Below, piece by piece: positions 24,540 to 41,484 of a stretch of 64,000 nt of DNA. Where the stretch lies: positions 34,720,001 through 34,784,000 of the forward strand of contig OZ024745.1 of assembly GCA_964016885.1 (NCBI GenBank). Reading direction: 5' to 3'. Every line of letters begins with the position of its first letter. The first letter of the stretch is position 1. A model generated the notes under the pieces. The model made no database searches. It was not told the DNA's origin and saw only the letters and a list, made by a program, of their open reading frames with translations. The DNA comes from Eledone cirrhosa. Taxonomy: Eukaryota. The position numbers and the translations under genes were made by a program.

Positions 24540-24724
24540 ATGGATTGGCAGCATTGATAGAGGGTCGGACGCCATGCTTTGCAGAATAGAGTTATGGTCC
24601 TTTATGGTCTGCATTCAAATCCCGCCGAGGTTGACTTTGCCTTTCATCCTTATGGGGTTGATAAAATAAAGTACCAGTAATGCACTGGGATAATTTCTGG
24701 CCTTGTGCCAGAAGTAGAAACAAT
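24540..24724 (+). mobile_element. SINE family A (followed by a diverged relative to ~24900)
   Basis: Family head, core and tail present. Confidence 0.85.
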
Positions 24725-27700
24725 ATTATGATCTTATTTATAAAAGGAGGCAATGAATTGCAGACTCATTAGAATGTAAGATAGAATGCTTTACAGTATT
24801 CATTCTGGCTTTGTGCTCAGAGTTCAAATCTTATTGAGGCCAATTTTACCTTTCATCCTTTTGAGGTCAATAAAAGTACCAGTTCAGTACTGGGGTTAAT
24901 TATTCCTTTATCTCACTTTTTCACTTCCTTCTCTTCCAGTCCCCCACTCTCGCTCTCCTTCCCTGGAAGTATTCAGTTGTTTTCAGGCCAGGGAAGATGT
25001 TGACTTTAACGAGTTTATAATTCCCAAGACATGCAATATATCACTATGGTGCCACTATAACTCTCTCAGGAGACATGAGACCATACATACATTTATACAA
25101 AACCAACATTGAGCCTAAACTTCATACCACTCTATAATTATAATTTCATTATATATACACCCACTCTCCCACCAAAAAATTGATTCTCTTTTTTTTTATG
25201 TTTTAACTGTGGCCCACACATCTTACTTGTATAATATTTTAAAGGTCTGAGGCCCAAATGTTGCTGACCTATGACCTAACCAAAACAAAACATGGTCTGC
25301 AACCTAGTAGTGGCTAACTACTCATCAAAAGTGATGATATAAAATAAATGAGTTTAATACTCTAAAATCCTCTTATATTAGTCTTAATTAAGAAAACCCA
25401 GCATTGAATTTAAAATTCTAACCTGCCTATAATTTGTACTGTATTATATAGAAACACCAAAGTATATTACCAGTATGTTCTCAAAAGTATTTTTATCTAA
25501 ACCTACCATCATCATTCGTTGAATTATTGTAGTTTGTCCCATGGCCCATGCATAAATTTTATCATATATCAATTTGAAATGCCCAGAGATGCACAGAGAA
25601 CATATTAATGCCCCAATTGGTTTCACATTCAACATGTAACTGACTGATTCAAGCCAAACAATAGTTGGGCATAATACACTGAAATCTTCCTAATATTATT
25701 GATTATTGATCTGTGCATTAAACGCTATCATTGACTCTAAGATTCTATATATATATAACACTTAGCATTTCATCATATAGAACCGCCAAAATATATAATC
25801 ACTGGTATTTTCTCAAAACATAAGTGACAACTGATGAGTAAAGGCATTTACTATTAAACTCCTGGCTTATTTCCTTTTCTGTCATTTTTTTATAATTTTT
25901 ATATTTATAATTATTTTTCCTTTAAGTTTCCTATAATTCTACAAGTAATATTTACCACTTCTAAAAGCATTCAAATTCCAAAGGAATGCTAGGATGTGAA
26001 ATATTTTGAAACTCAGAGAATGGTCACCTTGCTTCTTCAATTTTTTTGCCTGACATTTTTTTTGTATCACAATTTCATTTGCGAGTACATACTGGATTTG
26101 GCAGTAAGTAAAGTTACTGAATTTCTTTGTTTTTGAACCTTTTTTTTGTTCTTGGAGAGTTCCAGGTTTGCGATTTGATTTGATTTTAAACTTTTAAATA
26201 CACACTTACATAAACACACAGACACAAGCATACATGCACATTATTCCTGTTACTATTAATCTACAAGACATATTTGTGCTTCTAGTTTTATTACAAAATC
26301 CATGTTACAACCCCTCACACATACTCACATAAGCATATATATAATTATGTATATATAAAGATAGATAAATAGTTGATAGAGTGAATAAGGTGCTACTCTA
26401 AGAAAGAGAGGAAACTCAGTAATTTTGTAGTCATCATCATCATCACTGAATGAAGATTTATTATGGAAGTTAAGATATTCAAGGATTCAATGACTAGTAT
26501 TTTCATCCTAGGCTGGGATGTTGACAAACAGGTGAATGAACACTCAGTACCAAAGAAAAATTAATTTTTTTTCCAGTCTTATGTTTATTCCCTTTTTGTC
26601 CCATATCTTAGAGAGTCAACAAATGGAGATTGATAGAATATATACTAGGCTGAAATAAGTACCAGGATAAATGTGTTCAACAAAATCATTAGAGATGGTA
26701 CTCAAACATGGCTACAGATATTCCTTCTTTCTCAAACTAAATACCATTTTATATTTCTCTTTGCTGCTATTTTGACTGTGTTATTATATCTAACATAGAA
26801 AGCCTCAGCAAGGTAGCAGTTGCAGGATATGCTATTCTGTTAATGTCTCCTGTCATGATTTAACTTTTATGAATTAACCCCTTTAGATATAAACAGATTA
26901 TAAAATAACTGGTTAGATTTTAGTAAAGGATGTAAAATTTTATAAGCAGCACATACATATCACCTGTCTCACATTAGTTCTACCATGCCTGATAGGGGTT
27001 TATATTAAACTACTAACTGTTAATTTATAAACCTAGTGAGCTTTATTAAATTAGCAATATTGTTGAGTTATTAGAGAAAGGTTAAGTAAGTTTAATGTTT
27101 AAATTCTGACTCTACATTCATTTTTTTTTTTTATTTTAAAACAATTGCTGTTTGTATGACTTAAACCAAAGTTGAGTCATAGCTCTGATTTGTATTAGAG
27201 GATTATTTGGTGTTTACACAGTCATAGAGAGAAGAAAATTACAAAGGTTGGAGCAACAGAATTTTAACTATTAGAAATAGTTGCAACTTACACTAACTGT
27301 CACAGATTTGAATACTTTGAGGGTGTTTCAATTTATTAAAAGTACATATTCTGATTCAGTTTGTAGTTTTGTGAAGAAAGAAAATGTATAGATTCACACC
27401 CACACACTCTAACACATACATACATACATACATACAAGCACACAAATAAATACATATATAAATTTATGTATACACAAAGAAATGAAGGCAGTATATATTG
27501 CATGGAACTCACTTTGGGAGTATTTCGCATATTTTTCACTTATTTGTGCATGATATAACTAGCACGCATGTTTGCATGACTACTTTATAAACCAACTTAA
27601 ATCAAAATTTCTTTCATGTGACTATATGCAGGTTACCAAAATTTCAGGTACCTCACTGCCGAAATAAGGTTACATCTTTTATTTATTGCTTTATTCATTT

Positions 27701-28471
27701 ATTTCATTTGCTTTTTATCTAGGGTCAAATGGCCTACATCGCACTGGATAATATATTTCTATCTCTATGTCTATTATGTCTATTTATATATCATGTATCT
27801 CTTTCCCCCTGTATCTCTTTTCCTTCTGTCATATGGGTTATATATACATGTGTCTATACTCATCACTATCATCATCATGTTTACATCCTTTTTTCCATGC
27901 TAGCATAGGTTGGACAGGACTTTTGGAGACTGTTTTATAGCCAGATGCTCTTCCTGAAACCAACATTTCATCAGCTCTTATAACATACAAGCTGTAATGA
28001 AGATAACTTGTCTAGGAAGACAGTAAAACATTACAGACTGTAGAAGGGACACTTAAATCCTGACTGGTATCTCTAGTGTTGGCAGCATGATAAAATGCAC
28101 CTAATTCATGCTATAAAGTGGTTGGAGGTAAAAATGGCATCCACCAAGTAAAACCATGCCAAAATATGAATAGTTCTCATATATATATATAGTTTTCACT
28201 GTTAGTAGATGTTTGTTCCACTGAGGAAACATTGAAAAATATAAGCTAGTTATATATTGAAACAATCACATGGTATGACACTAACTGAGTTCTGTTCCAA
28301 TAATGTTTCACTTGTTCTATTTATCATGCTCACCATTTTAAATATGTAAATAGAAAAAAAATAAACAAAGCCCATATTTTCCATTCTATAGCATTTTCAT
28401 TTCATTTCTGCATCAGTAGAAAAGTCCTAAAATAAAATAAAATAAATATTTCCATTTCTAAAAACTTATAT

Positions 28472-28766
28472 TTTCAAAATTTCCATCTTCAAAATTCCTA
28501 CTTTCAAAATTTCCATCTTCAAAATTCCTACTTTCAAAATTTTCATCTTCAAAATTCCTACTTTCAAAATTTCCATCTTCAAAATTCCTACTTTCAAAAT
28601 TTCCATCTCCAAAATTCCTACTTTCAAAATGTCCATCTTCAAAATTCCTACTTTCAAAATTTCCATCTCCAAAATTGCTACTTTCAAAATTTTCATCTCC
28701 AAAATTCCTACTTTCAAAATTTCCATCTTCAAAATTTCTACTTTCAAAATTTCCATCTTCAAAATT
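28472..28766. repeat. Minisatellite with a 30-bp unit made of two 15-bp subunits, about 10 copies, decaying to ~29100
   Basis: Unit ctttcaaaatttcca+tcttcaaaattccta; it generates the repetitive ORFs (GNFESRNFED / EILKVGILKM). Confidence 0.95.
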
Positions 28767-29374
28767 TCCTCTCCCAAACATTTTATTTCCAGTGTCTTTA
28801 ACTGTGCAAATTTCCACTGTTAAGAATTTTTTAATTTCCATTTCCAAAATTTTCAATCCCAAAATTCAAATTTTTCAATATTTCCACTTTCAAATCCCCA
28901 TTTTCAAAACTTCCACGTTTCAGAATTTCCCCTTCAAAAATTCCCATTTGCAAAATTACCACTTTTAAAATTACCACTTTTAAAATTTCCACTTTTGATA
29001 TTTTTGCCACTTTCAATATTTCCACACATTTCATCAATTTCACTTTAATATTTTTCCACTTGCCATAATATTTTTTTTCTTCATTATATTTCACTTTTTT
29101 CATATCAAAATTTTTTCTTCATTCAACACATTCACTTTGCACATTTTCCCCCTACTACTTCATTAATTACATTTTTATTCATGTTCATGTTCTTCTTGTT
29201 TATGTCATTGTAATATATTGCAGAAATGTAATTAATAGTAACTGAGAAACAAAGGGAAAAAAAAATAGAAAAAATTCAAATTTCTGGAGAATTTTTTTCT
29301 GACATCATATCATTATTTCTATTTAATGTTACAGTTTTCTTTCAGAATATAAAACACACACACAAAGAGAAATA

Positions 29375-30245
<871 letters not shown>

Positions 30246-31147
30246 ATATTGCCACTGCTGCAAATAGACTTAATCTGTTGCCTGGTTTAACACCACCACA
30301 TGGCACATGACTTTCTTTATCTGAGTCCACTCCGTTTAAAGCATTTGAACCACATCTCTACCTGGGTGATGCCTATTAGTCAACAATCTGAGTGGAAACA
30401 AATCTTTGGATTCGCTAGGAATAGCAGCAAAAGGTCCCTCAAATTACCCCCTACAATCCTTAAAATAGACTGAATAATCACAGCTGAAATACATTTAATC
30501 ATATGTCTACTTAGCTAGAACTGGCCTGGGACTAACCAACAACGAACAATAGTGAGGTTGTACACAACAATTCCTCTATCTAACATTTGAACTGTAGTTA
30601 TCTCAATGTGAATTATGATAACAATAGTTGATCCCTATGAATAATAGTTGAGGAAAGTAAATTGCCCCTGGATATAGACAGAGGCAACTCTCTGTCCATT
30701 TTTTTCCTTCCCTGAGGATACTTTGCCCAGTTTACTCAAATATTATTGACATTAACTATTATCACAGTCATTCGTATTGAGACAACTAAATTTCAGATTT
30801 CCCCAATGTTTCTTAAGTCAACTGGATGTTCACTCTTGTCTTTCACATTGAAATGGGAATTCTGATCATATTTTAAGAGGAAATCAGAGAATAGTCCATG
30901 ATATCATGGAAGAGTCATTTTAACTATTTAGAAAACACACAGGGAAATTATATCATGGACCACATTGAAAAGTATGTTACAAAGATTTGGACATCACAAA
31001 ATATATGAAAAGTGAATATAACAGTGGATGTCTGCATGTTTTTCTAATGACTAAAATGATTCTTGCACACTGTAATTGCTTCAGTTTTAACATTCAGTCA
31101 CAAATTAAGTCACTTGCCAAACAAGTACAACTATTTGAGACAATCAC

Positions 31148-31467
31148 TTAGCCCTTTCATTACAATATTTCTAATAAAAGACACTTTTTATGATTCTAAA
31201 TAATTTGGAGAATAATCAAAAGTTCAGAGTATATTCAAATTTATTAAGATGTTATTTGGAGCATAATGTAACATTGTTTTACTTAATAATAATGCAGAAA
31301 TTAGTTATACATCTAATTTTCTCATCATTAAGATGATGTTTAGAACATAACATTACAAAGATTTTTACATAAAATTATAATGGAAGGTTTTTAGATAAAT
31401 ATAAACACTTTGAAATAAACAGTTTTATATTGCATAACCAGGAGTGATTTTATGTCCAAAGGGTTAA
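31148..31467 (+). mobile_element. MITE, piggyBac-like (TTAA target, CCCTTT...AAAGGG termini)
   Basis: ttag-ccctttc ... caaaggg-ttaa; internal similarity to 41752-41999 and 55080-55315. Confidence 0.65.
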
Positions 31468-32584
31468 AGAGTTAGCTAAGGAATAATGTCAACAATGCTA
31501 GTTAGATTTTCAATTATATTTACAGGTTTTTTTTTAGACATTCCACACAAAATGAAACAACACAATGTATGAAAATGTAGTCATATTTCTGAGGAGAAAA
31601 ATAATAGAACACAGCAAATAAAAACAAAAATACAATAAAACATTTTGTCTTTTCATAATATATACAGACCTCAATTAATTCTTTTTTTTTTTTTTTCGTA
31701 TAACATATAGTGATTGGTTCAAATCAATATATTCCACGACTACATTTTCTACTCTCTTGTTGTCCACTAACTATTACGTCATAATGGTAGGTGGGGGTGG
31801 TGGAGGTGTTAAGAGGGTATGAGGAAGACGAAGTGGTTTATGCTTTTTTTTCTTTTTGGTGTTGTTGTTTACCATTGAGAAATTGTTTGGCCTGGAAATT
31901 TTTCATTGTTGCTGTTGTTGTTGATAATAATAACAATATTAATAATAATGATGATGATGATGACGATGATGGTGATGTTGAGAGTGGAAAAAAAGATGAT
32001 TGCTTTGTTTAGCTTTTTAATGTGACAATACGTATGGCAGTGTGTGTGTATTAGAATAATAAATAAAACAAAAAATGTTTAAATCGTGTGCAGTGAAAAT
32101 TAGAATAATGCAACAATAGATGTGCAGTGAATATTAAAATAACGCAACAATAGATGTGCAGTGAATATTAAAACAATGACGATACTTGCTTGTTTTATAT
32201 TTTATATCTTTTTCATTTTCTTTGTTTTGAGCTTTCATTTATTTACCAATATATCTACAGAACTATACGCACAGATGCACATGCACTAACACACAAATAC
32301 ACACACTAACACACAGAAATAAATGCACAGAAGCATACACACACAAAAAAACACACATATATAATGCAAAATAAAAGAAGCTATGAGAAAATAACTGAAA
32401 AGAGCCTATGACATGAATTTAGATATGAAATTCAAGGAGAGGTCTACTGGATGACATACATTATATATTATGTCTATTTTATTAAGCTTGTTGACTCAAC
32501 CATGAATTTATTCTTAGTTTTTTGAAATTGTCTCCCCTCCTCATTTAGAGTTTCTAATAATTACCACTATATACATACATGTAT

Positions 32585-32585
32585 G

Positions 32586-32642
<57 letters not shown>

Positions 32643-32717
32643 GTATATATATATGTATATATATATATGTATATATATATGTATATATATATGTATATAT
32701 ATATGTATATATATATG

Positions 32718-32752
<35 letters not shown>

Positions 32753-32772
32753 GTATATATATATATATATAT

Positions 32773-32824
<52 letters not shown>

Positions 32825-32844
32825 CATATATATGTATATATATG

Positions 32845-32936
<92 letters not shown>

Positions 32937-32986
32937 CATATATATGTATATATATGTATATATATATATATATATATGTATATGTA

Positions 32987-33025
<39 letters not shown>

Positions 33026-33048
33026 ATATATGTATATATATATATATA

Positions 33049-33085
<37 letters not shown>
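32585..33085. repeat. Long (TA)n/(TATG)n microsatellite
   Basis: Directly visible; source of the YIYI ORFs. Confidence 0.97.
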
Positions 33086-33087
<2 letters not shown>

Positions 33088-33089
<2 letters not shown>

Positions 33090-33437
33090 CATCATCATCA
33101 TCATCATTTCATTTTACGTCCGCTTTTTCCCTGCTTGCAAGGGTGGGACGGGAACTGATGCTGGCTTGATTTCTACAGCTGGATGCCCTTCCTAACACCA
33201 ACCTCATTTACAGCGAGTGCTGGGTGCTTTTTTTCCGTGGCACCTCCACGACCACTTTGCAGTGGAATGATAGGGACCCCAGTCCCTATCATCTCATTTC
33301 TACAGCTGAGTAAACTGGAGCAATGTGAAATAAAGTGTCTTGCTCAAGGAAACAACACATCACCCGGTCTGAGAATTGAACTCACAACCTTTCGATTGCA
33401 AGGCCAATGCTCTAACCACTAAGCTATGTGCCTCCAT
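33088..33437 (-). mobile_element. SINE family B with an RTE-type tail
   Basis: Near-identical to 10432-10768; inserted between (TA)n tracts. Confidence 0.88.
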
Positions 33438-33439
33438 TA

Positions 33440-33498
<59 letters not shown>

Positions 33499-33555
33499 AT
33501 ATATATATATGTATATATGTATATATATATGTATATATATATATAAATATATATA

Positions 33556-33721
33556 GTAATAATAATAAAAATTTGAAGACTAAAATTCAAAGAGGGCTCG
33601 ATAAGGATAAATATATATCAAATATATAAGAACTGTAGAGCAAATATTTATTAAAATAACAGATCTTCAGAAGATCCCGTTAAGGGTGAAAGCAGCAATT
33701 CTTTGCTTAAACTTTAATCTG

Positions 33722-33728
<7 letters not shown>
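33556..33728 (+). mobile_element. Short (TA)n-embedded repeat with a partial HHR-like motif
   Basis: Pieces recur at 37996-38048 (reverse), 39081-39112 (reverse) and 45261-45333 (internally deleted); contains CAGAAGA-tcccgttaagggt-GAAA (33668-33691). Confidence 0.6.
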
Positions 33729-33784
<56 letters not shown>

Positions 33785-35162
33785 GTTTAATATAGAAATG
33801 GCTTCTACAAAACTGTTTCATTCAAATATACATACATACACACATACATGATGATGATGGCTGCAACTCGATTTTGAGTAATGCCATCAATTGATACTTA
33901 AACATAAGCATCACGGGCGTGGGTTTGTAATCCTGCTAGAGACTTGCCAAAGACCAGCCATGCCATATCAAGCAGTACTTGGGCTTGAACCTTTTTCTCA
34001 TACATACATACATTACAGACATACATATCAGTAATTCTTAGCAAAAAAAGGTGATATGTGTATGTATGTATATATATATATATATATATTTATACACATA
34101 TAGAATGCATAAGTATGTGTACACATTGTGACCAGCAGGCATAGATAAAAATGTGTATTTCTATATCTTCTTTTTCACAAAGATTGCAATAATCTCTTGA
34201 GACTTAGTGTATTGAAGACTACAAATATTTTGAATTATTAACATCTTAACAAGTTGTTTTCAGTTTGTTGCTGTAAAATATATTTAAAAATAAAGAATTA
34301 TATAGAACAGTATATATAACTTTTCACAAAAAATATATAGAGAAAAAAGAATAATTTCATTTCTAATTTGAGATTTATTAAACAGAATATTTTTCACAAC
34401 CATTTATAGTCTTCGAATTTTATCATCGTTATTCATGTCTGAATGTGTGAGCATAGAAACATGCAATAAAATATTGCTATTATCATCATTATTAGTGTCT
34501 TTATTATTAATTTTTGTCGTAATTTGCTTATGTCCATTTGTGATCTAAGTTCAAATCATACCAATGTTGCTCCTTCTGGAGTTGATTAAATAAAATACCA
34601 ATTAAATACTTGGGGTTAATTTAATAACTGCTGTTATTAAATCAGAGTCTATGTGTCAATGAATTCCATTTTTAGTGTGGTTTCTGGATGCTCTTCCTAA
34701 AATGCAGAAATGGACACCTACACCCACATACACACACACACATATGTACACAAATTGCCTACCTGCCACTGTGGCTACCACTAGAAACTACACAGAAGTG
34801 AATTGAATAGTACAATGGTACAACATATCCTGACTGCAACATAGAACTAACCATTACATGAGTGTGCAGTGTAATTATCAGCCAGGTGAAAGCACAGTGT
34901 ATCTGGGCGGAGGGATCTACTAACATAGGTCTGCTTTAAGAGTGCTGGCCAGGGGCTACATGTTTCCCCTCTTCTAAATAATTGAAGGATATCAAATGGC
35001 TAAAAACAAAATACTTCAATAATATAAACTACAACTTTGCAACAATTATAATAAATATAAAAACAAATACATAACCAAAACTATAAGACTTTAAAATATC
35101 CACGGCTGTGCTCAGTGAAAGCATACAATATAAACAAGACTACTGGACCATAATATAAATAA

Positions 35163-35430
35163 TAATTGTTTCTACTTTAGGCACAAGGCCAGTAATTACC
35201 CAGTGCATTGCTGGTACTTTATTTTATCAACCCCGTAAGGATGAAAGGCAAAGTTAACCTCGGCGGGATTTGAACTCAGATCATAATAATGGTTTCTAAT
35301 TTAGGCCTAATGCAGCAATTTGGAGGGAGGGGAAAGTTATTATATCAACCCCTGTACTCAACAGCTACTATATTTCATTAACTCTGGAAGGTTAAAAGGT
35401 AAAGTTGATCATGGCAGGATTTGAACCCAG
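35163..35430 (-). mobile_element. Two partial SINE family A-related copies
   Basis: Reverse-complement tail and core (aaggatgaaaggcaaagttaacctcggcgggatttgaactc). Confidence 0.75.
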
Positions 35431-36008
35431 GATTTGACCTTCATCATCATCACCACCATCATCCTCATCATTACTTTTATTTATTCATTTTATCATCATT
35501 ATTAAAATCATCATTTACCATTTCTCCATAGTAGCTATTTCTCATATTTGAATGATTTGAAGTTAACATAATCTATAGACATTCGGTTGTTAGTTAAATA
35601 TTGACATCTAATTTTAACTTGCATTCGGAAAAATCTGTCAGAAAAGTGTGGATAGGAACACGTTTAGATATAAAAGAATTTAACATTTTGGAATCTGACA
35701 AGTCATATTTTGATCAGCTAAACAGACATGACGTTAGATAAAATGGTAGCACACAGACAATACAGCATAGACTATCTTCATTTAGGTTTTCGAGGCCAAG
35801 AAAATAGTGAAAAGAAGTCTTCCAGCTATATTTTGTATGGAACCCCCACTATTCTAACAGAAATATGTGTTGCTAAAACTATCCAAGGTTATAAATAATG
35901 TGTAGTTGTAAACATTGCTACTCTGCTAGATTTATACATTAGAAAGAAATTTCTGTTCAGTACAGGGTTCTTTCATACTAGTCACAAATATTTCACTGTC
36001 ATTTCTGA

Positions 36009-36009
<1 letters not shown>

Positions 36010-36047
<38 letters not shown>

Positions 36048-36215
36048 CATTATTATTATTATTATCATTATTATTATTAATATTGTTGTTGTTATTATTA
36101 TTTTCTTATTCTGGTTTCTGCTGTTGCTGCTAGTATTCTTGTCTCTGATGTAGCTGTGAACCAGCAACATTATTATTATTAATTATTATTATTATTACTA
36201 TTTTTATCATCATCA

Positions 36216-36282
<67 letters not shown>

Positions 36283-36312
36283 TAGTAGTAGTAGTAGTTG
36301 TAGTAGTAGTAA
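36010..36312. repeat. (ATT)n/(AGT)n microsatellites
   Basis: Directly visible. Confidence 0.95.
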
Positions 36313-36888
36313 TGACTATTTGTTAGAACTTCAATATCAATATGGAGAGAAAAACTTAGTTTTTTTTTTCTATGATTTTTATCTCTTTGGTCCTGCCTGT
36401 CAGTTTTTCTATTTATGCATTGGCTTTAGAAAATCATTTTAGATCGGAATGAACAGATGATGTTAATAACAAAAACAACCAGCCAAACAAACAAACAAAG
36501 CCACTACCACCACCAACATCCAAATAAAATGAAATAAATATTTGGTTGAAGCAAATATCCTATTGATTCAGTGTTTTCCCATCATCGAGATATTCCATTT
36601 TAGTGGCTACACACTGGAAGGAAGTGAACCATTGGCTTTTTTCAGAAAATCTATTAATGATTCATTATTTTCTATAGACACACCGATCAATGGTGAGATC
36701 CATGCCAGTAGTTGGACAGGGATTATTACAATAGTTCCAAGCCCTCTGGGGTCAATATGGTATTATTTTTAGTTTTAGCTGCAGCACAGAACTAACTACA
36801 CAAATTGATGAATAAACACCATTCAGTTTTAATTTTAGTGGAAACTCACGGACTTTCATTGATATATCCATTTTATAATTATATATAC

Positions 36889-37845
<957 letters not shown>

Positions 37846-37852
37846 CACACAT

Positions 37853-37901
<49 letters not shown>

Positions 37902-38045
37902 TATATATACATATATATATATATACATATGTATATATATATATATATATACATATATATATACATATATATATGTATATATGTATATATATATAAGCCC
38001 TCTTTGGATTTTAGTCTTCAAATTTATTATTATAACTATTATTAT

Positions 38046-38122
<77 letters not shown>

Positions 38123-38123
<1 letters not shown>

Positions 38124-38237
38124 GAGGTTGGTGTTAGGAAGGGCATCCAGCTGTAGAAATCAAGCCAGAATCAGTTGCCGTCCCACCCTTGCAAGCAGGG
38201 AAAAGTGGACGTAAAATGATGATGATGATGATGATGA
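38123..38237 (+). mobile_element. 5'-truncated SINE family B tail
   Basis: ggtgttaggaagggcatccagctgtagaaatcaagcc...ggacgtaaaatgatgatg. Confidence 0.8.
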
Positions 38238-38241
38238 TATA

Positions 38242-38272
<31 letters not shown>

Positions 38273-38396
38273 GTACATATATATATATGTACATATATAT
38301 ATATATATATGTACATATATATATATGTACATATATATATATGTACATCATTATCATCACCGTTTTACGTCCATTCTTCCACGCTAGCATGGGTTA

Positions 38397-38899
<503 letters not shown>

Positions 38900-38921
38900 C
38901 ATACATATATATATATACATT

Positions 38922-38977
<56 letters not shown>

Positions 38978-38987
38978 CATACATATG

Positions 38988-39085
<98 letters not shown>

Positions 39086-39236
39086 TAACAGATTAAAGTT
39101 TAAAGTTTAAGCATATATATACATAAGCATGCTTAAAGAACGAAAAAAACCGAAGATAATACGTCATTATTTGGAGCAGTGAAAACAATTACACGCAAAG
39201 ACAAACCACAAGAATCCATCCTCTATAATTTTCAGC

Positions 39237-39285
39237 AGAGGCTCTGAGGATCACCAACAGTGTGAAACAGAATCTGTCAGCTTCT
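39237..39285 (+). ncRNA. Compact, apparently intact type I hammerhead ribozyme
   Basis: 7-bp stem I agaggct/agcttct; CTGAGGA(39244-50); stem II t-cac-caaca-gtg-t; GAAA(39264-67); stem III cag-aat-ctg; GUC triplet ending at 39278. Confidence 0.8.
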
Positions 39286-39449
39286 CTCCCTTCCTTTGCT
39301 GAAAAAAGAAGTAAGTGACAAAGTCACTACTTTAAAATGATAGCGCAAAGTCTTCAAAATGTTTTTAATTAAACATACGGTATATTGCCAAATATACTAT
39401 ACATACATTCATGTATACATCGCTCTTTCAGAGCATCGATCCTAATTTT

Positions 39450-39533
<84 letters not shown>

Positions 39534-40388
39534 CATCATTGTTTTAATGTCTGCTTTCCCTGCTAGCAAGGATTGCTATATATGTATGTATGTGTGTATG
39601 AATACACACATATATATGTATACATATGTGTAGCTACATAAGCATGGAAAGATAGATGTGAAACAATGATGATGATATGTATGTATAAGTGTGTATTCAT
39701 ACATTCATATACATTTGCATACATAAATGTATGTATTTAAGAAAAGCATAGTAGATCCTTGTCAAATTTGTTTCCAGAAAATCAGGTTTCCATTATATTG
39801 ACTGTAACAAAACTAATATAAAGCTAAATATAATCAGCAACTAGGTGGAGCAAGAGTTCTACAAATATTCCTGACATTAGCCAAATTAAAAAATGGAGGA
39901 AATGCATTTATTGAAGCAACAATCTGCTGCTTCATGTAATGAATTGATCCCTTTGATAACCATCCACCGGAAACCACCTTAGTTTTATTATACAAAACTG
40001 TCCATTTTAAATTGATTTTATTAATTATATAAAAACCTTCCTTCAAATTTTTATTTAAACATTTTGTTACCAACTCTTTTAAACTGCCCCTGGTTTTATG
40101 ATACAAAACTGCTCATTTCAAAATGTCCATGCTTATATTTAAACCTTCTATCAACATTTTATTTAACCCTTTAAATTATGACAGTTTAATGTAATAATCA
40201 AGTTTATAAAACACAAATGTGTATCTATTGTAATGTAAAAGATTTAACCCTTTTATGACCGTATTTTGAATGAACCACTTATACTAAAGGGCTGTAGGAC
40301 ATGTTTATGGAGAGGAAAGTCATCTGTCATTAGTGGCTTTCTAAAGGGTATCAATGTGGTGATTACAGCAACTGGCATACATACACAT

Positions 40389-40458
<70 letters not shown>

Positions 40459-41484
40459 CATCTTCATTAATATATTAGTTTGTTTGCATAATATTTTGTT
40501 TTTGTTTCTCCTTACATAAGAAGTTGTATTTTTGCTTTCAAAATTTATAGTTGAAATTTTTAAGATAAATGATATCTTATTTGATTCACTGACTTGGAAA
40601 CTTTTAAAATAATCAATGGCAATCTAAGTAAAAATTGTTATAATAATTACTCTCTCTCTGCTAGTTATTAGATCTGGTCAACTAATACTTATTTTTCACA
40701 TTGTGTCATGACCACTAATCATTTAATATGTATTTCTCATAAAATAATTGGAACACTTGACATCACATAATTCTTTTTCACATAGGCTGAACATCATTAG
40801 TCATATAATATCTATTTCTAAAAGAGACTCAGGATCTCTGACTATCTAATATTTATTTCTCACATAGATTCAGTGCCATGAAAAATGCTCCCAGTATACC
40901 CTGTAAGGTAATTGGTGAAAAGAAAAGCATTCAGCCAAAGAAACCATGCCAAAATAAGAATTGGGAGGACTCTCCAGTTGTGTGAAGGGTACAATGTCCT
41001 TTGTACAGTTGGTGATTCTGTAATAAACACACCCAGTACAATCTGTAAAGTGGTCCGGGGTAGAAAACTTGCCAAACAAAGTGTCTGGAGGACTCTTCAG
41101 TTGTCTCAAAGAAATGAAAAACTCTCTAGTGCTGGTGCTATAATAAAATACACCTTGTGCATACTGTAGAATGTGAGTACATGTGTTATATGTGGGTTTC
41201 CAGCCCATCTTAAAGGAATGTAGCATTGATTAAGTACAGCAAAGAAAAATCAATCGTATATGATAATGAGGATTAACAATCACTGATCAGACTAAACCAC
41301 GAGTCAACTAACATTTATTTCTTATGTTGGCTCAATACCACTGGTCATCTGGTATTTATTTCCCATATAGGTAGAAGACCACTACCCCCCCCCCCCCCAC
41401 AAAAAAAATAATATTACATTTCATTACCTTTCACTATTCCAAGTACAGATCATTCAATTTGATCAAAATACATCTTATATCGTT

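Noticed and set aside
25825-25865. CTGATGA followed by hairpin gtaaa/tttac as an HHR
   Set aside because: No GAAA after stem II and no stem I partner.
28472-28766. CRISPR-like array
   Set aside because: Contiguous tandem units with no unique spacers, no cas genes, and a eukaryotic context.
28458-28968. Repeat-protein ORFs resembling pentapeptide repeats
   Set aside because: Open in several frames on both strands because of a 30-bp minisatellite; no splice or homology support.
32554-33195. Multiple long YIYI/ICIY ORFs (also ~29400-30330, 37700-39100, 44400-47400)
   Set aside because: Stop-free translation of dinucleotide microsatellites.
36542-36772. 76-aa non-repetitive ORF as another HCN exon
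   Set aside because: No resemblance to HCN S1-S6, pore, C-linker or CNBD motifs.
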